From an uncultured Candidatus Saccharibacteria bacterium (GTDB lineage: Bacteria; Patescibacteriota; Minisyncoccia; UBA6257; GWB1-50-10): DNA of 53,157 nt. Shown here piece by piece: positions 25,765 to 34,666 of this stretch. Numbering within the stretch: the first letter of the stretch is position 1; each line of letters begins with the position of its first letter. Below the pieces are notes generated by a model that had not been told where the DNA came from, did not search any database, and saw nothing but the letters and a program-made list of their open reading frames with translations. The stretch lies in contig CAYXNB010000002.1 in assembly GCA_964466475.1 (NCBI GenBank), positions 1 to 53,157 on the forward strand. Reading direction: 5' to 3'. The position numbers and the translations under genes are program-made.

Positions 25765-27192
25765 ATGCTAATCCACGACTCTCTTTCCGGTAAGAAAAAA
25801 GAATTGGGAAAAAACAAAAAACCTATCAAACTCTTTGTATGCGGCCCCACGGTCTACGACGATTCTCACCTGGGACATGCTCGCACGCAGATTGTTTTTG
25901 ACATCATTGTCCGCTACCTCCGCGCCCGAGGCTGGAAGATAACGTATCTCCAGAACATCACGGATGTTGATGATAAAATCATTGCGCGAGCAAAACAGGA
26001 AAACACGCACCCGCTCGAGCTGGCAAAAAAATTTGAAAAAAGGTATCGCGAAGACCTGAAAGTGCTCGGGGTGAATCAAATTGATACGCTCGCCCGCGCC
26101 TCAGATTTCATCCCTCAGATCACAAAACAGGTTCAGACTCTCGTAAAAAAAGGATATGCATATACAATCGAAGGAGAAGGGATTTATTTTGACATCAAAA
26201 AATTCAAAAACTACGGCAAACTCGCCCGCCGATCCGTGGAGCAGGCCGAAGACGGCGTTTCGCGCATCGACGAGGCAGACAAAAAAAGAAACAAAGGCGA
26301 CTTCTGTTTGTGGAAATTCGTTCCCATCCCTACTGGCTATACCCTAATGGCTAGTGGCCCTACTCTCGTAAACGGCGAACCCGCGTGGAAAAATCGGTTC
26401 GGCTGGGGAAGGCCCGGCTGGCATATTGAAGACACGGCGATCACCGAACATTTCTTCGGACCCCAATACGACATCCACGGCGGCGGCCTTGATCTGAAAT
26501 TCCCCCACCACGAAGCCGAAATAGCCCAGCAGGAAGCCGCCTCCGGCAAAACCCCGTTTGTAAAAATCTGGATGCACGCCGGGCTTCTTCGCGTAAACGA
26601 TCAAAAAATGTCCAAAAGCACGGGCAACTTCATCACCATCAGGGAATTTCTAAAAGAAAACGACGCGCCCTCCCTCCGCTGGCTCGTTCTTTCCCACCAC
26701 TACCGTTCCCCCGCGAACTATTCCCAAGAACTCCTCAAAAACGCGAAGGAATCGATCCGAAGCATCCGGGATTTTTTGGAAAAACTCGCCTTCGTGGAAA
26801 AAAATCAAAAAAAAGCGAAAATAAAAAATTTCGGAGATCAGATAAAAAAAGCCGAGAAGGAATTCCACGCCGCAATGGAAACGGACCTTAATACCCCCCT
26901 CGCGCTGGCCGCGCTCTTTACCCTTATGCGCGAAGCAAACGCAAACATGTGGCTCCTTTCCAAAAAAGACGCCCGCGCCGCAAGCCGGTTTGCGCAACAA
27001 ACCCTTGCCTCCCTTGGTTTTGCCATAAAATCCCGAAAAACCCCGAAAAATGTCGAAAATCTGGCCCGCGCGCGCGAGTTATCCCGAGGCAGTAAACACT
27101 TTATCCAAGCCGACGCATTGAGAAAAAAAATAGAAGGACTAGGATATATGGTAGAGGACACTCCAATCGGACCTCTGATTTTGAAGAAATAG
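25765..27192 (+). CDS. cysS: Cysteinyl-tRNA synthetase
   Basis: [16 protein letters not shown] (HIGH) and KMSKSTGN (KMSKS). Confidence 0.95.
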   Translation: MLIHDSLSGKKKELGKNKKPIKLFVCGPTVYDDSHLGHARTQIVFDIIVRYLRARGWKITYLQNITDVDDKIIARAKQENTHPLELAKKFEKRYREDLKVLGVNQIDTLARASDFIPQITKQVQTLVKKGYAYTIEGEGIYFDIKKFKNYGKLARRSVEQAEDGVSRIDEADKKRNKGDFCLWKFVPIPTGYTLMASGPTLVNGEPAWKNRFGWGRPGWHIEDTAITEHFFGPQYDIHGGGLDLKFPHHEAEIAQQEAASGKTPFVKIWMHAGLLRVNDQKMSKSTGNFITIREFLKENDAPSLRWLVLSHHYRSPANYSQELLKNAKESIRSIRDFLEKLAFVEKNQKKAKIKNFGDQIKKAEKEFHAAMETDLNTPLALAALFTLMREANANMWLLSKKDARAASRFAQQTLASLGFAIKSRKTPKNVENLARARELSRGSKHFIQADALRKKIEGLGYMVEDTPIGPLILKK

Positions 27193-27203
27193 GAGACGAA
27201 CAA

Positions 27204-27432
27204 GAATCTCTCCTTATGATTGAGAAGCAACTCTCGCAGACGCGCCGGGCTTGGTCCCCGAAGGGGCCGGCGCGTCGAGAGCGTAGTGGGTTCATTCGTC
27301 CGGGGGATGAATGAACAGGCGACAAACCTTGTGCGATAGAATGTCGCCCGGGAGCGAAGAGTCGCTGGAAGATTCGTTCGTCCGGGGGACGAACGAATGA
27401 CACCCGGTGCTTCGAAACATAAGGAGAGATTC
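27204..27432 (+). ncRNA. Family-A structured element, copy 1 (unknown class)
   Basis: A 15-bp closing stem (27204-27218 with 27418-27432). A 70-nt core is 97% identical to 51479-51548, and a conserved 3' segment ccggtgcttcgaaaca is also shared. Three extra hairpins lie in the variable region. Confidence 0.6.
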
Positions 27433-27439
27433 CGCAACT

Positions 27440-28810
27440 ATGGAACACAAAAATTTCAAACTTCCTCCCCAAGATCTGGAAGCCGAAACATCCGTCCTCG
27501 GCGCCTTGATGCTGGACAAAGACGCGATCCTGAAAATCGCGGACACGCTCGCCCCGAACGACTTCTACGCTCCGGGCCACCAAAAAATATACAAAGCCGC
27601 GCTCGAACTCTTTGAACAGGGCAAACCCATTGACGCCCTGACCATCCAGGCGCGCCTGAAGGAAAAAAGCGAACTGGAGGGTGTGGGCGGGGCGTCATAT
27701 CTGTCGGATCTCATTGAATCAGTTCCCTCTTCCGCGCACATCACGCACTACGCGGACATCGTGCGTGAAAAACGGGTGCGCCGCGACCTCCTCCGCGCCT
27801 CCTCGGAAATAAATGAAAAAGCGTTTGATCCGGAAAATTTTGAAGAAATTCTGGACGGCATCGAAAAACGCATCTTCTCCATCTCCCAGCTCTCGCAAAC
27901 GCAAAAATTCGTACATGTAAAAGACGAGCTCGCCTCGAGTTTTGAACGCTTCCAAAAGCTCCACGAAGGCGAAGGGGGGCTTCGCGGAGTGCCGACAGGA
28001 TTTTCTAAACTCGATTCTATTCTCTCCGGATTCCAAAGGTCCGACCTCATCCTCCTCGGCGCCCGCCCCTCGTTCGGAAAAACATCTCTCGCGCTCGACA
28101 TGGCGCGGCACGCGGCTCACGCGGGATTTTCAGTGGGGATCTTCTCCATCGAAATGTCCATCGAACAGATCATGGATCGTCTGATCGCCTCCGAAGCTCA
28201 GGTGCCGCTCTGGAAAATGCGCACCGGACGCCTGCGGGATGAAACCGACTTTGAACTGATCCAGCATGCTCTAGGCAAACTCTCGGAACTGAAACTTTTT
28301 GTTGACGACACCCCCTCGCCAACCATTCTCCAGATGCGTTCTATGGCGCGCCGCCTGCAGATGGAGCACGGCCTTGATCTGGTGGTAATCGATTACCTCC
28401 AACTCGTCAAACCAAGAAGCGAAGCGGCGGGCATGGTCCAGCAGGTTACGGAAATTTCACGCGGACTGAAATCTCTGGCGCGCGAAATGAACGTGCCCGT
28501 CCTTGCCCTCTCCCAGCTCTCCCGCGGCGTGGACAAGCGCGAAGGCGACAAAACTCCCCGCCTTTCGGATTTAAGAGAATCGGGATCTCTCGAGCAAGAC
28601 GCCGACGTGGTGATGTTTCTCGCGCGCAAAGACAGAGAAAACTACGGGTCGGAAAAGCACGAAGCGCTCTCGGACGAAGACCAAAATACCGTGCGCATCG
28701 TGGTGGCAAAACACAGAAACGGACCCTTGGGAGATGTAAGATTAAAATTCGACGCGGAACGCGTCTCATTCCGAAGTATCGACGAACATCATAGCAATGA
28801 TAATTTCTAA
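27440..28810 (+). CDS. dnaB: Replicative DNA helicase DnaB
   Basis: PPQDLEAETSVLGALM N-terminus and Walker A GARPSFGKTSLAL. Start moved to MEHKNF. Confidence 0.95.
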   Translation: MEHKNFKLPPQDLEAETSVLGALMLDKDAILKIADTLAPNDFYAPGHQKIYKAALELFEQGKPIDALTIQARLKEKSELEGVGGASYLSDLIESVPSSAHITHYADIVREKRVRRDLLRASSEINEKAFDPENFEEILDGIEKRIFSISQLSQTQKFVHVKDELASSFERFQKLHEGEGGLRGVPTGFSKLDSILSGFQRSDLILLGARPSFGKTSLALDMARHAAHAGFSVGIFSIEMSIEQIMDRLIASEAQVPLWKMRTGRLRDETDFELIQHALGKLSELKLFVDDTPSPTILQMRSMARRLQMEHGLDLVVIDYLQLVKPRSEAAGMVQQVTEISRGLKSLAREMNVPVLALSQLSRGVDKREGDKTPRLSDLRESGSLEQDADVVMFLARKDRENYGSEKHEALSDEDQNTVRIVVAKHRNGPLGDVRLKFDAERVSFRSIDEHHSNDNF

Positions 28811-28828
28811 AAATAGTTTATTTCCGTT

Positions 28829-29419
28829 ATGATCCCAACGAATATCCGAATCTTCGTCGAAGCGTGGAAAAAACTCCCGGGCCTGGGCCCCAGAGCAGCG
28901 ACCCGGCTGGCATTTCACGTCGCAGCCATGAACCCCGAAGAACGCAACGCGCTCCAGAGATCCCTTGAAGCCCTGAACGAATTGGATGCCTGTCCAGAAT
29001 GTTTTTCCCAAAAAGAGAAGGGCAGACCGGCCTGCGCCATCTGCGCGAACCCGGAAAGAAAAAAAGAAATCATGGCAGTCGTGGAAAAAGACACGGATCT
29101 CCTGACCCTCGAACGTTCCCGCGAATTTGGCGGAACCTATTTTGTCCTTGGAGATCTGCGAGCAAACGGCCTCTTGGAAGAAAGCCATAAAGAACGGCTC
29201 GCCCGCCTAAAGCATCGCGCGGAAAAAGAAAAAATAAAAGAAGTAATCCTCGCCATGAGCCCGAACACGCTCTCGGATATGCTCTATGAAATGATCAAAC
29301 GGGACCTTACGCCCCTAGGTGTTCTGATAACCCGCCTGGGACGCGGCATCCCGACAGGAGGAGAAATAGAGTTCGCGGATGAGGAAACACTAAAAAGCGC
29401 CTTTCGCCGCAGAATCTGA
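28829..29419 (+). CDS. recR: Recombination protein RecR
   Basis: LPGLGPRAATRLAF helix-hairpin-helix, a C4 zinc finger CPEC...CAIC, and a Toprim domain. Confidence 0.9.
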   Translation: MIPTNIRIFVEAWKKLPGLGPRAATRLAFHVAAMNPEERNALQRSLEALNELDACPECFSQKEKGRPACAICANPERKKEIMAVVEKDTDLLTLERSREFGGTYFVLGDLRANGLLEESHKERLARLKHRAEKEKIKEVILAMSPNTLSDMLYEMIKRDLTPLGVLITRLGRGIPTGGEIEFADEETLKSAFRRRI

Positions 29420-29427
29420 TTTTCACA

Positions 29428-30432
29428 ATGAAGCAAATTTTCACGATCATCATTCTTTCAATATTCAGCGTAAGTATAGGATACGTCCTGCGTTCGCAAA
29501 CCAACGAATACGAGGTGAGGACCGCCTCGCTCGAGCCCCCCGTAAAAAACATAAAGATGCCGGACATCGAACCGACACCCGATATCCAAAACACGGCAAA
29601 AACTCCGCCTCCGCCCGCCCCCGAACCGCAAAAACCGAAAATGACATTATCCGAAAAAATCCTCGAACAGGGCGACGCGCTTTTGGTCTCCATGGAGCAC
29701 GAAAAAGCGGTAACGCTCCAAATCAAAAACAAAACAATACCGCTGGTTTCCATTGATCCGCGAAAAAGCATCGCGATCTACGGCATTGATGTCCGCGAAG
29801 AGCCCGGCGCGATCTCCGTCACGCTCCTGCAAGACAACGAGGTCTTACAAGAAGAAAAGATAAACATTACAAAACGAAACTTTCCCGTAACCCAACTCGT
29901 CTTAAGCGACACGCAAGTGCAAGCAGGCGTGACGCCGGAAAAAGCGGCGACGCAAATAGTTCAAAACGACAACGCGAAACTCTACGAAATCCTCGACGAC
30001 CCCCTGCCCGAAATACACTTCAAAACCTCGTTCGCCCACCCCCTGCCAAGCCAAATCATCGTGGGCGGCTTTGGAAACATCAGAAAATCCGGCGAAACAG
30101 AAATCCGCCACCTGGGCGTTGATCTCGATGGAAAGCGCGGCGACCCGGTAAAAACGATTCAAGACGGCGTGGTACGCCTGACCCGCAACCTCTCAAACTA
30201 CGGCAACACAATAGTAATTGACCACGGTGCAAGCATCTTCTCCATGTACCTGCACTTAAACTCCGCGAGCGTAAAAGAAGGCGACAAAGTGGAGAAAGGA
30301 AAAACAATCGGCACAATCGGCAACACGGGCGACTACTCTCTGGACCCCCACCTCCACCTTTCTATAAAAGCAAACGGGGCCTCCGTAGACCCCATTCGTT
30401 TTATTGAAACAACACGAAAAATTCCGCGATAA
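29428..30432 (+). CDS. M23-family peptidoglycan endopeptidase
   Basis: HLGVDLDG and GNTGDYSLDPHLHLSI metal-binding motifs, plus an N-terminal TM segment. Confidence 0.85.
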   Translation: MKQIFTIIILSIFSVSIGYVLRSQTNEYEVRTASLEPPVKNIKMPDIEPTPDIQNTAKTPPPPAPEPQKPKMTLSEKILEQGDALLVSMEHEKAVTLQIKNKTIPLVSIDPRKSIAIYGIDVREEPGAISVTLLQDNEVLQEEKINITKRNFPVTQLVLSDTQVQAGVTPEKAATQIVQNDNAKLYEILDDPLPEIHFKTSFAHPLPSQIIVGGFGNIRKSGETEIRHLGVDLDGKRGDPVKTIQDGVVRLTRNLSNYGNTIVIDHGASIFSMYLHLNSASVKEGDKVEKGKTIGTIGNTGDYSLDPHLHLSIKANGASVDPIRFIETTRKIPR

Positions 30433-30437
30433 ATTTC

Positions 30438-30456
30438 GCCCCGCCATCGGCGGGGC
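30438..30456. terminator. GC hairpin between convergent genes
   Basis: gccccgc catcg gcggggc. Confidence 0.55.
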
Positions 30457-30473
30457 TAATTTCTGTTGTATTT

Positions 30474-30773
30474 CTATTGTATTTCCACCGCGGTAAACGG
30501 CTGGCGATGCCCCTTTTTCTTTCTGTATCTCGTCTTTGAGTGGTACCGAAAGACAATCTTCTTTTTCCCCCTGCCCTGGCCCAACACCTTGGCTTCCACT
30601 ACTGCGCCGGAAACATAAGGGGCACCGATCTGTACCCCCTTTTCGTCCGCCAAAAGCAAAACCTTGTCGAATTTCAAAACACTTCCGGCATCTCCGGGCA
30701 ATTTCTCTACCTGAATCGCCTTTCCCGTCTCTACCTTATATTGCTTCCCTCCTGTCTCGATAATTGCAAACAT
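30474..30773 (-). CDS. rplU: 50S ribosomal protein L21
   Basis: MFAIIETGGKQYKVETGK is canonical L21. Confidence 0.95.
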   Translation of the reverse strand: MFAIIETGGKQYKVETGKAIQVEKLPGDAGSVLKFDKVLLLADEKGVQIGAPYVSGAVVEAKVLGQGRGKKKIVFRYHSKTRYRKKKGHRQPFTAVEIQ

Positions 30774-30832
30774 AGTAAAGAAAATACACGAAAAAAAGAA
30801 TTAGGTCAACTCGACATTAGATTCGCATTAAA

Positions 30833-31062
30833 GGAAACTTCGCCGCAGTGTTCGAGCGGATTCTGAGGCCGTTTTGGCATGGTCTCCGACCCGCCGTCCG
30901 CCGACTGGCGGAGGCGGGGAGGAGCAAAACGGCCGAGGCCTCGGAGCAAGCGGCTGGGCCCAATCGTCCGGGGGACGATTGGGCGGGCAAGCAACCGAAG
31001 TTATAATCCGTGCTTGCCCGGGACCGAGCGAGAATGAGCGAGGACACTGCGGCGGAGTTTCC
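30833..31062 (+). ncRNA. Family-B structured element, copy 1 (unknown class)
   Basis: An 18-bp closing stem (30833-30850 with 31045-31062) encloses at least 4 internal helices. Differences from the 50244-50452 copy are compensatory. G-U pairs favour the + strand. Confidence 0.65.
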
Positions 31063-31070
31063 GTACCAGC

Positions 31071-31114
31071 AAAATAAAAACAAAGCCCCTCCGACGCTGT
31101 GTCAAGGGGCTTTG
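31071..31114 (-). terminator. Intrinsic terminator of the membrane-protein gene
   Basis: Minus strand reads caaagcccct tgacacagcgtcgg aggggctttg tttttatttt. Confidence 0.7.
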
Positions 31115-31138
31115 TAAATCTCAATTTGAGCGAAAAGC

Positions 31139-31819
31139 CTAGTCCTCACTTACATGGCTTTCCAACTTCTTCAACACTTTTGCAGCCGACTCCTTGCCTC
31201 CCAGACCAAAGGCGATACCGCCCGCGAGAGCGAGCATGCCGATAAATCCGGTCACAAGAGCATTGATGATCGAAACCGCTACCCCAAGCTGGGAAAGCGA
31301 TGCCAAAAATCCGAAGATAACAACCGCCCACCAGGTAAGACTCCCCAGAAAATTGGGCGAATGGAGTCGAGCACCCTTTACCGAGGCCGAAACGATCTGC
31401 TTCAAGAAATGCGCAACAACAATTGCCGCGAGCATAATGAGGATCGCGACAACCACATTTGGCACATAGAGAAGCACCTGCTCAAGAAAGCTCGAAAGCG
31501 TGTCAAAGCGAAGAATGTCCGCAACGGCAAGCAAAAACACGATAACAAAAAACCAATACACAAGCTTGCCGAAAAACTTGCCGCTGTTGATGCGGATTCC
31601 TGCCCGACCGAAATGCTCTTCCACTCCAAGCTTCTTCAAGACATCATCAATCTTTACAATCTTTACAATCCGCTCCACGATCGCCGCGATCCCGGAGGCG
31701 ACAATAAGCCCGATAACGAGCACGATAAGAGCTCCGATGACGCTCCCCAATACCGCGACAGCGCCAACCCAAAGACTCTGCAACGAATCAACCACAACCT
31801 GAACCCAATCTTGAATCAT
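31139..31819 (-). CDS. Membrane protein with conserved TM-helix repeats (mechanosensitive-channel N-terminal-like)
   Basis: Repeated amphipathic and TM units (LIVLVIGLIVA..., VAILIMLAAIVVAHFL...). Confidence 0.6.
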   Translation of the reverse strand: MIQDWVQVVVDSLQSLWVGAVAVLGSVIGALIVLVIGLIVASGIAAIVERIVKIVKIDDVLKKLGVEEHFGRAGIRINSGKFFGKLVYWFFVIVFLLAVADILRFDTLSSFLEQVLLYVPNVVVAILIMLAAIVVAHFLKQIVSASVKGARLHSPNFLGSLTWWAVVIFGFLASLSQLGVAVSIINALVTGFIGMLALAGGIAFGLGGKESAAKVLKKLESHVSED

Positions 31820-31913
31820 TTTGATAGTATGTACTCAAAATATAATGCTCGACCTTTGTATATATTATAACACATGAAGACAAAAGCGCCTCTCTCCCTG
31901 TGAATAGAAAACA

Positions 31914-33596
31914 TCAAAACTTGGAAGCAACCTTGCGCATCAGCAGCTGATCCGTTTCCCGAAGTTGTGCGAGGATCCGCATCTCCGGATCAATCGCAAT
32001 CGTCTTTCCAAGATACTGCCCCGCGGTAAAGTTCGGAAAAAGCACATAGTCCGCGCCGCGGCGATAAAGCGCCCGAGCGCCCTCATCGTCCTCCGCGCGC
32101 AGAATGATGCGCGGACGCGCCTTGGCGGATATTCCGGAAAAAAGCGAAAGAACGAGAAGATTATCCTCCATGCTTGGACTTGTGGAAATAACGATCTTCA
32201 TACTCTCCAACGGAATGCGGCTCGCGATGTCCGGGTCCGCGATATCGCCAAACACATGGCTGAATCCGCGTCGCTCGAGCTCACGAACAACCTCAGGGTC
32301 AAAGTCGACGATAAGGAGGTCTTTTTTCGGAAGATGCAGGGCGATGCTCTGCCCCGTGCGATGGCATCCGATGAGAAGGATGGATTTCGCCCCCGGATCG
32401 GGAGAATCCCGCTCCGCAACTTTCTTCCGCTCAAATATGGAAAGAAGGGAGGAGAGATACCGATAAAGCGTATCGCTATAAATAATAAAATAGGTTGAAA
32501 CCGTAATAGTGATGACCCCGACCGCGGTAACCAGCGCAACAACCTCCGGAGAAAGGTGGCCGAGTCGCGCGCCCAAAGCAACAAGAACCAGACTAAATTC
32601 GGAAATCTGGGCAACCGTAAGACCGGTCAAAAAACTCGTCCGTTTTCGGTATCCCATAATCCCCATGATAATAAGAACGATAAGGGGATTTCCGAAAAGC
32701 ACAAAGAGGGAGAACACGATAACCGGAAACCCGACCTGCCCAACGCCGGAGGAGGCAAGCGAGAATCCGAGAATGACAAAAAACACGAGAATAAAAAAAT
32801 CTCGAAGCGGCTTGACCCTCGCTGCGATCTGAAAATGCTCCGAAGAGTTCGCGAGTGCGAGCCCGGCAAGAAATCCGCCCATCTCAATGGAAAATCCGAG
32901 GCGCTCCACAATGGAAACCATGAGAAAAACCCAGGCAAGCGCGACCAAAAACAAAAGTTCCTGCGAATGGGATGCCCGATGAAAAACCGAAGGCAGGATC
33001 CTCTGCCCTAAAAACAGCATTGCGCCGAAAAGAACGGCACCCTGAATCAGGGTGAAAAAAATTTGAAGAAAAGAAAAGCTCCCCTCCCCCTGCAATCCGG
33101 TGAGGAATACAAGAATGATAATGGCGACAAAATCCTGGACCAGGAGGAAACCGATGCTGATACGCCCGTACAGGCTATTTTCATCCCGCTTCTCGGATAG
33201 AAGTTTCAAAATGATGATGGTGCTGGAGAATGTAAGCGCTACTGCGATATAAAGCGAAGGGACGATGGGAAACTGAAAAAGACGGGCAATACCAAATCCG
33301 ATCAAAGAGGTGAAAGCGATCTGGGCAAGCCCCAAAATAAGAGAAACCCTCCCCACGCTCCGTATGGTGGAATAGTTAATTTCAAGCCCGATAAGAAAAA
33401 GAAGAAACATCACTCCCAGACTGGAAAAAATCTGGAGTGTTCCCTCCGCGGAGAAAGTAATAAGGCCGAAAACCGCGCCAACGACACCGGTCGCGAGATA
33501 TGCGAGAATCAAAGGCTGCTTCAAAAGCCGGGCAGCCAAGGAAAGCGCGGCCGCGAGAAGAAAAATAATCGCGAGATCAAAAAGTCCGGAACTCAT
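31914..33596 (-). CDS. CPA2-family cation:proton antiporter with C-terminal RCK/TrkA-N domain (Kef-like)
   Basis: About 12 TM helices, then ILLIGCHRTGQSIA, a Rossmann-type RCK motif. Confidence 0.8.
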   Translation of the reverse strand: MSSGLFDLAIIFLLAAALSLAARLLKQPLILAYLATGVVGAVFGLITFSAEGTLQIFSSLGVMFLLFLIGLEINYSTIRSVGRVSLILGLAQIAFTSLIGFGIARLFQFPIVPSLYIAVALTFSSTIIILKLLSEKRDENSLYGRISIGFLLVQDFVAIIILVFLTGLQGEGSFSFLQIFFTLIQGAVLFGAMLFLGQRILPSVFHRASHSQELLFLVALAWVFLMVSIVERLGFSIEMGGFLAGLALANSSEHFQIAARVKPLRDFFILVFFVILGFSLASSGVGQVGFPVIVFSLFVLFGNPLIVLIIMGIMGYRKRTSFLTGLTVAQISEFSLVLVALGARLGHLSPEVVALVTAVGVITITVSTYFIIYSDTLYRYLSSLLSIFERKKVAERDSPDPGAKSILLIGCHRTGQSIALHLPKKDLLIVDFDPEVVRELERRGFSHVFGDIADPDIASRIPLESMKIVISTSPSMEDNLLVLSLFSGISAKARPRIILRAEDDEGARALYRRGADYVLFPNFTAGQYLGKTIAIDPEMRILAQLRETDQLLMRKVASKF

Positions 33597-33617
33597 TACG
33601 CACTATCATACCAGATT

Positions 33618-34058
33618 TTATGCCGAATGATAAGAAATTTTTTCAATTACATATCGGAAGTCCGGACGCGCCAGAAGAAAAATTTCGTCCCCGACTTTTT
33701 TCCCCAAAAGTGCGCGGCCAAAAGGCGACTCATCACTTATCTTGCCCAAAACCGGATTCGCCTCAGCAGTTCCGACAAGCCGCACTTCGTGCAAGCGGCC
33801 GGTAGTTGTGGCGCGGGCAAGCACCGTCGCCCCGAGGCGCACCTCATCCCGATCCCGGGGCAGGGGCGGACGGATAACGGCGTGCGAAGAAAGGATCTCG
33901 GAGATGTCTCGCAAACGCCTTTCTATAACAAGAAGATCTTCGCGACCTTCTTCTCCGGACGCCACAAGCAGAGACCTTTCATCTTCCAGGCGTCGAAATT
34001 CCTCGCGGATTGCCCGAAGTCCCTCTTTGGTAAGATAAAACAATTTCTTCAATGCCAT
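33618..34058 (-). CDS. greA: GreA/GreB-family transcript cleavage factor
   Basis: N-terminal coiled coil and C-terminal GKISDESPFGRALLGKKVGDEI. Confidence 0.8.
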   Translation of the reverse strand: MALKKLFYLTKEGLRAIREEFRRLEDERSLLVASGEEGREDLLVIERRLRDISEILSSHAVIRPPLPRDRDEVRLGATVLARATTTGRLHEVRLVGTAEANPVLGKISDESPFGRALLGKKVGDEIFLLARPDFRYVIEKISYHSA

Positions 34059-34186
34059 GATAAAAATATAGAAAAGTTTGCATAATAAACTAAAAACGCA
34101 AAAAAAGTATGGAAAACAAACTAAATCATATTAAAAAGTATGTTTTTCAAACAAAGACAAGTCAAGAAAATATGTGGATAACCCGG

Positions 34187-34666
34187 CTACACATAGGAAG
34201 GGGTGCGGGGAAGATCCGTCACATGTACGACGACATCCCGAACCCCGGGAAACGTGGAAATGTGCGCGTGAAGAAACTGATCAATATCAGGCAGAGTTGG
34301 TGCCGCCACCCCCAAAACGACGTTGTGCACGTCATATACTTTGGTTAAAAGGTATACCCCCGGCAGACTCCCCGCCGCCTGAAGGAAGGAGTCCGTATGG
34401 CGGGGATCGATCTCAAGATGGACGAGCGCCGAAGCCGAATGAACATGTTCCATCTTAACTCTTCCGCACACCGAAAGGGTTCCCGCCCGAGTCATCTTCA
34501 AAACCCGCTTCTTCACCCCAACGGCAGTAAGCCCGGTGGCTTCGGCAAGGTCTGCGTATGACGCCCTGCCGTTTTCCGAAAGAATGGAGAGAATGCGAAA
34601 ATCAGTCTCATCAAGACGCACCAAACGATGCGGACCACGGATATTTTTTTTAAAAGACGTAAGCAT
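34187..34666 (-). CDS. Lrp/AsnC-family transcriptional regulator
   Basis: DFRILSILSENGRASYADLAEATGLTAVGVKKRV helix-turn-helix plus a C-terminal RAM-like domain. Confidence 0.8.
   Translation of the reverse strand: MLTSFKKNIRGPHRLVRLDETDFRILSILSENGRASYADLAEATGLTAVGVKKRVLKMTRAGTLSVCGRVKMEHVHSASALVHLEIDPRHTDSFLQAAGSLPGVYLLTKVYDVHNVVLGVAAPTLPDIDQFLHAHISTFPGVRDVVVHVTDLPRTPSYV

Noticed and set aside
27204-27432. Assignment of families A and B to known classes (hammerhead, twister, ykkC/guanidine, ZTP, SRP RNA, RNase P, tmRNA, box C/D)
   Set aside because: Partial look-alikes fall in variable regions or lack the rest of the required cores. Examples are cGAAAc, tgattgag, GGUCC..CGAGAG, gactggcgga in B1 only, and GCCCGGGAG in A1 only. 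The assignment must be settled by cmsearch.
26838-27583. Minus-strand ORFs (26838-27437, 27101-27583, 27292-27546) whose peptide TTLSTRRPLRGPSPARLRELLLN recurs in ORF 50957-51595
   Set aside because: The shared peptide simply reflects the family-A nucleotide repeat read in one frame. The copies differ by helix-preserving changes rather than by synonymous substitutions, and the ORFs overlap cysS and dnaB antisense.
30806-31124. Short ORFs through family-B copy 1, and ORF 49877-50437 through copy 2, sharing ..IVPRTI.PSR.LRG.GRFAP..
   Set aside because: Same reasoning as above. The similarity comes from the structured repeat, the ORFs are antisense to recG in one case, and the reading frame is not maintained across the indel in the apical hairpin.
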